Shown in pieces: positions 12,656 to 23,800 of a stretch of DNA of 64,000 nucleotides. Under the pieces are notes generated by a model. It saw nothing but the letters and a program-made list of their open reading frames with translations, was not told the DNA's origin and did no database searches. Positions within the stretch are counted from its first letter, which is position 1, and the number at the start of each line of letters is the position of its first letter. Position numbers and translations under genes: made by a program. Origin of the DNA: Ranitomeya imitator (Eukaryota). Where the stretch lies: the NCBI RefSeq assembly GCF_032444005.1, contig NC_091290.1, positions 32,860,001-32,924,000 on the forward strand, given 5' to 3'.

Positions 12656-13231
12656 TTAAATTTAAAACATGTAGGCAAAGGCAAAACCGTGTCTTCAAGT
12701 TGCAGGGTGACGTGGCAGATGATTGTCGATGAGGTCGCAACCCACGACCACTAAAAAAAAAAGTAAACCGTTGGCGTTTATGGTTTGGGAGCAGAGTGTT
12801 TTTTAAAGGCGGTCAGAAACTATTAGTTTTGTTGAGGAAACTTTGGGGAGTTTTCACAGGAGTTTTTTGTTTCGTGAAGTGTATTTTTCTAAGCTTTTTT
12901 TTAATTTTTGCAGTCTTCTAATATTACGATGCCTAGATGGGAGCGTTTTCCATCAGCAGCCGCTTCATTGAAGTGACATGAACGCTCTTTCCTCCTACCG
13001 GAAATGTTCAAACCTTAATGATTGAACATATGAACCTTAGAAATTAATAGGAAGAGTGTTGAAAGCATTTTATATGTTATTTTCAGGCCTTTGCACATAG
13101 ACTTAAGTCGTAGGTTGGACCGCTTGTAGGTTTAATTTCGTTGAATGGTCCAAAATCATTTACGACTTACACACTTTACGCCGGTCCTAGTAAAAAAGCG
13201 TGCTGGAGTAAAATTCTCCTTAATTAAGAAC

Positions 13232-14270
13232 TCATAGAATCCTAGAATGTTATAGTGGGAAGGGACCTCCAGGGTCATCGTGTCCAACCCCCTGCTCCAT
13301 GCAGGATTCACTAAATCATCTCAGACAGATGTCTGTCCAGCCTCTGTTTAAAGACTTCCATTGAAGGAGAACTCACCACCTCTCCTGGCCGCCTGTTCCA
13401 CTCATTGTTCACCCTCACTGGTCTTCCTCGTCTTGTAATCCAAAATTTGAGGATAGCATGATCTCTGCCTCCTAAATTCCCGGCCACCCTTACTTCCTCA
13501 ACCATTTCCTTCCTGTTGGTAAGAATCAGGTCCAGGACTGCAGATCCTCTTGTTCTGTCTTCTACCTTTTGAAAGATAAAATTGTCAGCAAGAGAAGATA
13601 AGAATTTTCTGGAGCCATTGCTTTTGCCTCAGAGAGATTCCCAACAAATATCAGGATAGTTAAAATTACCCATGATCATTATGTACAGTAGTAGTCTTTT
13701 GAGAACAGAGACATCTGATGTAAAAAGAGTTCATCCATATCTTCATTCTGTCCAGGTGGCCTATAGTAAATATCTACAATAGTGTCCTTTCTGTTCTTCT
13801 CTCCTTACATTATTACCGAAACAGTTTTTGCAGAGCTACCAGTCTCTGAAGCTTGGATCTCTGTGGAGATGTACGTTTTCCTAACATACAATGTAACACA
13901 TCCTCCCATTTTGTTAATCCTGTTTCTAATAAATAAATTGTAGCCTTCAAGGTATGTATTCCAATCATGTGTATCATCCCATAAAGTTTCAGTGATGCCT
14001 ATCATATCTCTTTTCCCGTGTTAACAGCTCTACTTCTCCTTGTTTGTTCCCATGCTCTGTGCATTTGTATAGACACATTTTAATGTGTAGTCGGTTTCCC
14101 TGGCTCCTCTATTTTCACTCAAAATTCATTTTTTTTAATTTTATTCCCACTTAAGAGCTATAAGTCTCTTAATAAACTAGGCACATCTCTTGGTGTAAGC
14201 CACATTACATTTGCCAGGCCACACGTGGTCCCACACCCTTCCACTAAGCTTCATCTACTTGTAAGAAAAG
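13232..14270 (-). mobile_element. CR1 LINE relic: endonuclease joined to the 3' end, RT deleted
   Basis: APE motifs ([33 protein letters not shown]) fused at ~13407 to the CR1 C-terminus/3' tail ([15 protein letters not shown], ...TTCTAGGATTCTATGA). Confidence 0.8.
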
Positions 14271-15368
14271 TGAAATTACTGATGGGGAAAGTTAGATCAG
14301 CCGTATAGTATGACATAGACATGCACCATAATTTGCGACTTCTGTGCAGCAGAAGTTTTGGGAAATAAACGTCTTAAAAAAGAGCCTTTCTATGAAGTTG
14401 TTTTTCCCGTGAATTTTTCCTTTTTTCATAAAATTCCATGCAGACCCAGCCATATAAATGTCCTGAAGTGTACAGAAGCTACAGTCAGTAAAATTCACAT
14501 CAGGTGCAAACTACCTATACAGCACACTGTAGTGTCCGACTGAGGTGCCAGGGGCCCACCAGTAACATCAACTCCAGGGCCCCACTTTTCAGTTACACGC
14601 AAATATGACCATATCCTCATTCACAAATTTCTATAGGAATAAACTGGGCTGATCGTTAAATTAATAAGATGCCGCCTTTGTCTGTATATGGTGAATTAAG
14701 TATATTGTGCCCAGTACTGGTCATATAAGAGGGTGGAGGGCCCACCAGAGGATTGTCCTGCTCTCCTGTGGGCCAGTCCAAGCCGGAGTACACACATAAC
14801 CATCTCAGGGAAAGGTGTTGGACAAATACAAGTGCTGCAAAACCATCGCACAAAATAACTGTGACCGCTTGGACACGTTAAGCTGAGAACCAACGCTTTT
14901 TATTAATGGGGATTGTAGTAAAAACAAGTTATAACTAATCCACAGGATAGGCGATAACTCACCGATCGGTGTCAGTCCGACCGCTGGGTCCTGTAGCAAT
15001 CGGCACTTCTGTCATGGTTAGCACGGAGCGGCAGTGCGCACGATAGACCTCCGCTCCGTTCATTTATTCCCAATGGGGCTGCTGAGCACAGTGCTCGGCT
15101 TTTTCCAACAGCCACAAAGAGAATGAAAGGAGGAGCGCTGGAGCATACGCACTGCCGCGCCATTCCAAAAAGGCTAAAAGTGGCCGGATCTGCAGCGCCC
15201 ATCGGTCGGACCCCCACTGATCAGTAACTTATCACCTATCCTGCAGATAGGCCTTTTACTAATTCTTTTTTTTTTTCAGTGTGGGTCCATACAATTCCTA
15301 TATTTCCATATGTAGTATATTGATTTTTTTTTTTCTACTTTTGCCCCATAAAACCAGTTCCTTATTAA

Positions 15369-16001
15369 CCCTATCCCATCTGGACTAGTTTTACTTTTTG
15401 CACTTTTGTGGGTTTTTTCTCTCACTTTTTCATTTCTTATTATATACTTTTGTCCTTCTAGTACAAGTTTCAGTTCTGAATGACACCATTCAATGTACTA
15501 AAAAAAAATGTAAAAAAAATATTTTAAGTGAGGTGAAAACGTGACCCCTTCCCATCAGTGCGCAATTTCACTATTTTTTTTTTAAATTATGCTTACAATA
15601 TTCAATGTGTGGCATAAATAATGATACATGTGTATAAGTTTGGTATCGCCATAATCGTACTGTCTTAAAGATTCACATTACTGGGTGAGTTTTACTACAA
15701 AGTAAATACTGTAAAAATTAAACCCCTCCTCCCCCCCCCCCCCGAAAAAAAAAATGCAGAATTGCATTTATTTTTAGTTATTTTACATCACTAAGAAACT
15801 TTTGTAAAGAAAATTTTATGGTAAAGTCATTAGTGGCATTCAAAACTTTAAACTGTCTTACAAAAAAAAAAAAAAAAAAAGCCCTGGTACAGCTATGTCA
15901 ACAGAAAAAAAATGATGGACCTTAGAAGAAGCCTTCTTCCAAAACACATAACTTTTTTCAAGAAGGGGAGGGGGGGAAAAAAGGACCCAATCATGAAGGG
16001 G
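15369..16001. mobile_element. piggyBac-like non-autonomous element
   Basis: TTAA|CCC...GGGG|TTAA ends, AT-rich interior, no ORF. Confidence 0.55.
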
Positions 16002-16169
16002 TTAAGTATCTATTCTACAATTCTGGGAGAAGGCTCTATGCTCTTCTTTATACAGTCGCCTCTATGTTTCATCCCGGTGACCACAGATGGACTACAACAA
16101 AATGTCTCCTTTCCGGGGACACTTTTATCCAACGTTAGTTCCACACAATGCTCACTCTACTTTCCAATC

Positions 16170-16330
16170 TCACCAATCACTATTCTGACCAATAGGAAGT
16201 GGAGGCGGGATTTGTCTTAGACACGATTGTCCAATGAGAAGCGAGTATTCTACGACGTCCTCGACGCTCGATTTGATAGGTGCAACAGGATTATTGCGGT
16301 TCCGCCCACTTTTCTTTGCAGCCAATAATG
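16170..16330 (+). promoter_or_regulatory. MRPL11 promoter
   Basis: Four CCAAT boxes (16173, 16189, 16231, 16322), GC boxes at 16201-16210 and 16301-16310, CpG-rich. Confidence 0.6.
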
Positions 16331-16380
16331 GTTGTCTGTCTGTAGAGCTGTCTGTCACATGTGTTTGAAGGTCGGAAGGT
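16330..16380 (+). other. MRPL11: Probable non-coding first exon of MRPL11
   Basis: Consensus donor GTAAGT at 16381; the ATG exon starts with an acceptor only 2 nt before the ATG (17750); the TSS is a guess. Confidence 0.55.
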
Positions 16381-16716
16381 GTAAGTGCGGGCTGCAATAC
16401 ACAGGCGGCGCAGACGGGGTAATTGAGGCCCCGGCTTCTGGTAGTCAGGTAGGCCTGAGGGAACTTATTGTAAGCTGGTAGTTGGGTGGTGCTGGGGACA
16501 GTGGTAGGAGCAGAGGTGTTACACTGCCGACATTACTGCGCAGCTAGGGGGGCATGGAGAGGCGTGCAGGGTGCAGCCTGGGATCAGACCCTCAGTAATC
16601 TGCAAATGATCCCTCTCCCACCCCAATCCTTTGGCTAGGGGTACAATTGGTGCAAATCGTTTCATAGACCCAGTACAATGGGCCAAGACAGTGATGTGTG
16701 ACCACCGGATGAGAAC

Positions 16717-17210
16717 CGCATCCTCCCTGACGACGGCATCCTCCCAGACGGCGGCATCCTCCCAGACGGCGGCATCCTCCCAGACGACGGCATCCTCCCT
16801 GACGACGGCATCCTCCCTGACGACGGCATCCTCCCAGACGGCGGCATCCTCCCAGACGGCGGCATCCTCCCAGACGACGGCATCCTCCCTGACGACGGCA
16901 TCCTCCCTGACGGCGGCATCCTCCCAGACGGCGGCATCCTCCCTGACGGCGGCATCCTCCCAGACGGCGGCATCCTCCCAGACGGCGGCATCCTCCCAGA
17001 CGGCGGCATCCTCCCTGACGGCGGCATCCTCCCTGACGGCGGCATCCTCCCTGACGGCGGCATCCTCCCTGACGGCGGCATCCTCCCAGACGGCGGCATC
17101 CTCCCAGACGGCGGCATCCTCCCAGACGGCGGCATCCTCCCAGACGGCGGCATCCTCCCAGACGGCGGCATCCTCCCAGACGGCGGCATCCTCCCTGACG
17201 GCGGCATCCT
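16717..17210. repeat. 18 bp CpG-rich minisatellite
   Basis: GGCGGCATCCTCCC(A/T)GAC, about 27 copies with three variants; source of four repetitive ORFs. Confidence 0.95.
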
Positions 17211-17751
17211 CGGCGCTCTTGATTAGCTGCCATGGTGTCACTGCACATGTGCGTCATGCTGCAATCAAAAGTAAAGCTGCTGATGGCCTCGGCAGGAGAC
17301 TATTATTACGGCCTCAGTACAGTGGCCACAGGTCACTGTTGTGGCCAATGGATATTATAATTTGAATCATTTTGCACTGCCTAGAATGGGGGGGGGGGCG
17401 GGGGGTACATACGATTTTGGAAACACTTTTTGAAAGGTATTTACTATCTTTAGGGTCTTATGTTTAATCTCATCTACCTGGTATCATAGAAGCCTCTTAG
17501 TCCTTCTACAGCTAACCCCACTTATGTGACCGCCTCTGAACCAAGCCAGAGGGACACAGAACTCAGCTGAGCGCTCCTGTCCTAGTGGGGGCCTTATCGC
17601 ACAGACACCCAACTCTCAAGACATGAAATGCCAACGTTTTTTCTGAATGTTCAAAAAAAAAAAAAAAGTACATCTGCGTGAGATTTCTTCCAACTTCCTT
17701 GTCGGGATCTCAATACAATTGAATTTGTGTGCAATCTTCTTTCTTTCAGAT

Positions 17752-17874
17752 ATGTCTAAGGCTTCCCGCGCAGTGAAAGCTGTGAAGAAAACTGATGTGG
17801 CTGGTGTGATTCGAGCACTGGTGGGAGCCGGGCAGGCGGTACCAGGACCCCCTTTGGGACCCACCTTGGGACAG
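17752..17874 (+). CDS. MRPL11: MRPL11 coding exon 1
   Basis: [41 protein letters not shown]. Confidence 0.95.
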
Positions 17875-20800
17875 GTCTGCAGGTCTCCTGTATATACCTT
17901 GTGTGGCCATTGTTTAGTTAATATGTTCTGAATGTAATTGTGAATTCAGTAGATGGGCCGGGCTCTATCATTTGCCACACGTTGGCATTTCCATGATGGC
18001 TACTCGAGAACATTAAATGTTCAGAGAAGCTTTGTCCTTCTCCACCTGCTCTTTGGTATATGGTTTGGGCAGCATGACAGGTTCCCGTCTATGGGAGTTG
18101 CACCTACAGAGTAGCACAGCTGTCCTCGGTTGTAGTCACAAAGTTTTCTGTGTGGCCGGGACCTAGGATCAGTTATTCCCATCTTGGCAGTAAAAGGCAG
18201 AAGTGTAAATAATCTGAAGACTTGTCCCACACTCGACAGAAAAATCCACTCTAAATCCACCTGTAAATTTGTGCTTAACACAGACTGAAAGGGAATCTGT
18301 CACCAGGTTTTTGCTATGTAACCTGAAAGTAGAATGATGTATGGATTGAGACCCTGATTCCAGTGATGTCACTTACTGTGCTGTTTTTAAAAAAAAAAAA
18401 AAAAAAAAATGACATCAGTGTTTTATCACCAGGAGATTATCACTACAGGACTAGGTGTCTCACACCTCCTGGTACAATGTACAATGCAGACAGAAAGCAG
18501 CCAATCAGTAGTATGGGTGGGGTTATATAGGGCTCGGCATTCTGGGCTCTGCTAGATCCGCAGCAGAGAAAACTGTAATTGTATTACAACAGCTGCACCC
18601 AGGAAACAAAGTGATGGTTCGCTGGCATCGAGGTCTCTGCCCCTACATCATGCTGATCTTGGATTACGTAGCAAAACCTTCTGACCCCTTAACACCTCCA
18701 TTGAAAGGGGGGAAACTTTGGTGATTTTAGCAATTTCGCCAAGGAAGTTACAGCTAGCATTTAGGAAGGATGGATGAATGATGTGATAGGCTGCACCCAT
18801 ATACAGTACATCAGATCTTTCTTTCTCTTTGAAGGAAAATGTACAGATTTGGAGGCTTTGGCTCAACGAGTATTTGGCCATCATTGGATGGTCTAATGGG
18901 CCAGCTGTAGTGGTCCTGTGTCATTTCTTATCATGTGTTGTGTGTGGGTGTGTTTTTTTTTTTTTTTTTTTTTTTGTTCATATAAATGCATTGTGTTAAT
19001 TGGAAAATTTTCAGACAATTTAAAAAAAGTTTCTTTGATACAGAGAGGTATCCCGATCGGTCAGTTTTGTAAGGAGTTCAATGAGAGGACCAAAGACATC
19101 ATTGATGGAGTACCCTTGAGAGTGAAGATTCATGTTAATGTGAGTGTCTATAACAATCGTTGCCTTCCATTTCCCATTCTTCCTCTAGCTATATTATACT
19201 TGCTTTTGAGTCCAAATCTGATTCTGTATTACATTCTCTTGCTATGCTGGGTTCAGCCAACTTTCATCGAATGTGTATAGGACCCTTTTGGAAACAAAGT
19301 TGGCTGAACCTGCAGATCAATCGATCATCTGACCTGTATGGGGGGGTGTCTCCCAAATCTCTTTCAACAGATGATGTTGGTGGGGTGGGGGTGGAAAGAA
19401 GGATCAGGCAGTTGAAGTTATTAGCAATGAGTGAACGTGCTGGGATAAGGTGTTATCTGAGCATGCTCGGGTGCTAACCGAGTGTCTTTGGCGTGCTCAA
19501 AAAATGTGTTCGAGTCCTCACGGCTGCATGTGTTGGCCTAAATTTCTTGTAATGGACTCGCTGACCTAAAGGTGTGTACTTAGATGCTTTTATATTTATC
19601 AATTTACAGTATAGGCTGCTTTGGTGACCCTTAGTATAATTTCCTAAAGTGAGTTAATATTCGAAGGATATGCAATATCAATGAATATTATAAATAAATC
19701 TTGTCGTTTTTTTTTTTTTTTTTTTTGTTTGTTTTTTTTAAAGCAATGGACCCTTTAAGTAATGACAAATGGAATGTCAAAGAAATTCCAATTCCCTGCA
19801 ATTGGCTTACAGGTTTTCCTGCAAAATGCAGAGATTTTGCAAAAAATAAATAAATAAAAATACATTTTTTAAATTTTTTTTTTTTTTTTTTTTTTTTTTT
19901 AGTTCTTTTCATAATATCAGTCAATAGGCAATGTAGCCAGCTTTATGACATACCTGTATAGTTGCACACGTTGTATCTCTACCTCTTATATGTGTGAAAT
20001 TATGCTGTATTTTTTCCAAGTACAATGAAGGGCGATGCAAGAAGTAGCTTAGGAAAAGTGGAGAGCACAAAAATGAAAATTTGCTGCAGTTTTCAAGGGT
20101 TAATTCTGTTGCAATGTTAAAATAGTAAAGTGAACCTGTGTGCTTTGGGACTAGGCTTTTGCCTAGTGCTCCCGCTCCTCCAGGGAGGCCCCCAGCCAGT
20201 GGCCACTATGGGGCCTGTGAGTCAGGGAGGCCGATGCCAGCACTGGCTACACCCCTCCCCCGCATTGCACATTCAACTGTATCGGCATCATAGATGCCGA
20301 TACAGTTGAAAGCAATGATGGAGGAGAGAGTCATGTGACGCTCCCTCTCCCATCATGCTCCCTGTGTCCATTCTGACACAGCGGGTGCAATGACGTCACG
20401 TCATCACATGCCACGCTGCTGAGGAGATGCATTGCAAAGACCGGAACAGTGGGGGAATTGGGAGAGGTGAGAATTGTATTTATTTATTTTTATTTATTTA
20501 TTTTAAATGAGTACAATGTGGTGGCCCTAATACTGGAGGACTATGGGGCTGTGTATTATACTGTATGTACTATATGGGGTGTGTATTACTATGTGGGGGA
20601 CTATGCGGTGCATTATACTATGTGGAGGACTATGCGGTGCATAAACGAGCAAAATGCTGCATATTCATCGAGTGATTGGATTGTTTATGCCGGAACAGAA
20701 ATCCTTCTCAGCAGCACATCGCCGGTGTAAACTGCAGATGTGCTGCTGATAACATGATACTGTATGGGGACAGATTGATCTATTAGTGATTGTTCTGTCT

Positions 20801-23800
20801 CCATCATTCTTTCTCAGTTGGTGTAAAGAGGCCGGAAACAAGCATCAAACGACTTCAATATTGTCGATCACTCTCATTTAACGGCCTGAACTCAGCACAT
20901 GTGAATGCAACCGGAATGTTTGTCTGATGGTACAGTATGTTAGAATTGAGGCCCCACTTTAACCTTTTTCCCAAGGCCATGTTTTGTCTAAAACCAGCCC
21001 TGCTGCTGCCCAGACCATGCACAGCATGATTCCTAGCCTGGCTGCACGATGGAAGCCAAGTGTATTTTTCTCTGAAATGCTGGCCATGTAGTTGGAAGCT
21101 CCGGCCATGGACCATAGCCAGAGATGAGACTAGTTCGATGCCTACTCTTTACACTATATTTTCCCTGAAATGCCGGAGATAAAGACCATACCTGTTTCAA
21201 TTGTGCAGCCAGGCTTCGTTTCATGCTTTCTGTTTTGGGCAATATGAATCTTCTGACAGATTCCCTTTTAAAGGACTTTGGAAACATCTCACTATTCAGT
21301 TTGTAATTGACAATGCAGTGCCTTGAATGAACTAATGACAAATTTAGCTTTATTTATCTTTTTTTTTTTTTTTTTTTGTGTGTGTGTAGCCCGACAGAAC
21401 CTATGAAATGAAGATCGGACAACCGCCTGTGTCTTACTACTTAAAAGCTGCTGCAGGAATTGAAAAAGGGGCATCAAAGACAGGTCTGTAGTAATAAATA
21501 CGTGTGGAATACTGTAATGAGGATTGAGTGGATGAGGCCGCTGTCTGTGACCTTCTGGAGGACCGACTATAGGCCCCCATACACATGAGATCGCTGTGGG
21601 CTGAACACTTGTCCAGCTGCTCCACATAAATGCATGAAATGTAGCCTGCCCAACCTTCTCTCCCCAACATCATCGGGTTGTCTGTGCCCCTAATATTGGC
21701 TTGTTCGGATGACTTTTTAATCTAATGTGTTTAGGGAGAAATGGCCAAAAAGTGATCGGCTTCCCAGCAGATCAACCACAGTAGAACCAGTGCACAGGAC
21801 GTCAAAAATGGACTTCTGAACTCTTAAGTCAGTAAAACATGAGACCTTCAGTAAGAAATGCCTTGCGTGCCTGTCTGAATAATGTCTCGCGTAATACTGC
21901 CGCAGAAAGCTGTGCCATGATCTCGGGCACAGAATACCCCTGTAAATAGGTTTTCAATTAGTTCTTTTAACTCTATCCTTCAAGTAAAAATGGTCTAACC
22001 AGCTGCTTCATGGAATTCTCTCCACCATCTCCTGGTCTTTAACAGGCTGCAGCAGACACGTCACACCTAGAGTGCATGTGACCGCTGCAGCCAATTATTG
22101 AGCATCAAAGCTGAGCCTTATGGTTAGAAGAAGCAGTCACTTGTGCTTTAGTTGTGGTGTCATGGCTACAGCCTGTCAACAAAGACTGAAGCAGTGGCTG
22201 AGAGGCATCCCTTGCATTTGGTCCTTTTTGGAGTGCATAAAGTGTGAGCAACAAGAGAGGGTAGCCAGCTTGGAGTTCCATCTAGTGAAAGACTACTAAA
22301 AAGAGGCCACTTTCCAAGAGAGAAGCTGCAAGGAAGCTTCCTTGAGGTGCTCGAACAGAAATGACAGGCCCTCCGTACCAGGTTGGGGTCCTCACTAGGC
22401 ATCGAAGGTCAGTAAAAAGGAACAGAGTGAGCTTTGTAGGAAGGTTTTTGACCTGAGATTTCGATGCCAGGTTCCTTTTGAAAAAGGTTGAGCAGTGTCA
22501 AATGAGAGAGAAGAATTGAGAGAAGGAAGTGTGAGCAATCTGGTTCCATTCACACCATCAGAAAAAGGCTTTCCAAGTGAGATGGTATATACTAAATAAG
22601 GAGGACTTCCATTCCTCTCTCGTGGTCTAGACCAGTGTTTCCCAAACTCCAGTCCTCACGGACCCCACGGGTCATGTTCTCAGGATTTCCTTAGTATTGC
22701 ACAGGTGGTGAAAGATTCTTCAAGCCCTTAGGAATGCTCTCACCTGTGCAAAACTATGGAAATCCTGAAAACATGACCTGTGGGGTCCATGAGGACTGGA
22801 GTTTGTGAAACACTGGTATATACTAACTGATCAGAGAGGCCAGAAGCCTTTAGAACAGTGCTCCCCAACTCCGGTCCTCAAGAGCCGCCAACAGGTCAGG
22901 TATTCAGGATTTCCTTAGTATTACCCTGGTGATGGAATTCTTGCCTTTCCAAGTAATGCAATTATCACCTGGGCAATGCTAAGGAAATCCTGAATACCTG
23001 ACCTGTTGGTGGCTCTTGAGGACTGGAGTTGGGGTACACTGTTTTAGAACATTGGCTGCAACAACCATGCTATTGAATTTGGTGACCATGAATTCAGGTG
23101 GAAGAGAGGACCCTGTGAAGGGTTTAGGGAGGAACCACAGGATGCCTGCAAAAAGGTTCCTCAGCTCCACGTACCATGACCTTCTGAGCCAATTTGGAGC
23201 CACAAAGAAAACTGGAAGTCCTACTGCTTTGATTTTCTTGAGAAGCCTCAAGCAGATGAAAGAGAATAAAAAATGTAGGTAAGGACTAATTGCAACCATG
23301 GGATCACCATAGAGTTACACAATGATTAGAGAATCGCAGATTCTGGCCTCAAATTGTGGGACATTGTGATTTGTCCTGTATGCCACCAGGGCAATATCAG
23401 GGGTGCCCCATCTCAAATCAGTCTGGTGAAGACATCTGGATGAAGGGTCCAGTGTCCTGTGGATAGTTGATAGTTGTAGTCATCAGGCCAGTTATCTATT
23501 CCAGGAATGTGAATTGCTGAAATCTGCAGGACTCCTTGTTCCACCTATGCTAGGATTGGAGAGGCCTCTGACATGGTCAGCCGGCTGTATGTTGGTGGTG
23601 TTGGTTTGGATGCAAATTGGGAGACCCAGAAGCTTGTGCTGCAATTTGAGAAGAGACAGAAAGATGGCTCTGAGCTGCAGGATGTTGATGGGCAAGCATG
23701 TTTCTGATGATTCCAGCATCCCTGAAAAATGAGATGGAGAAATATTCCTCCCCAACCCAAGTGACTGCAATCTTTGGTCACTACTTGCCAGTGGATGGGG

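Noticed and set aside
16519-17365. Four long ORFs (181-244 aa)
   Set aside because: They come from a stop-free 18 bp repeat, overlap on both strands, and lie inside an intron
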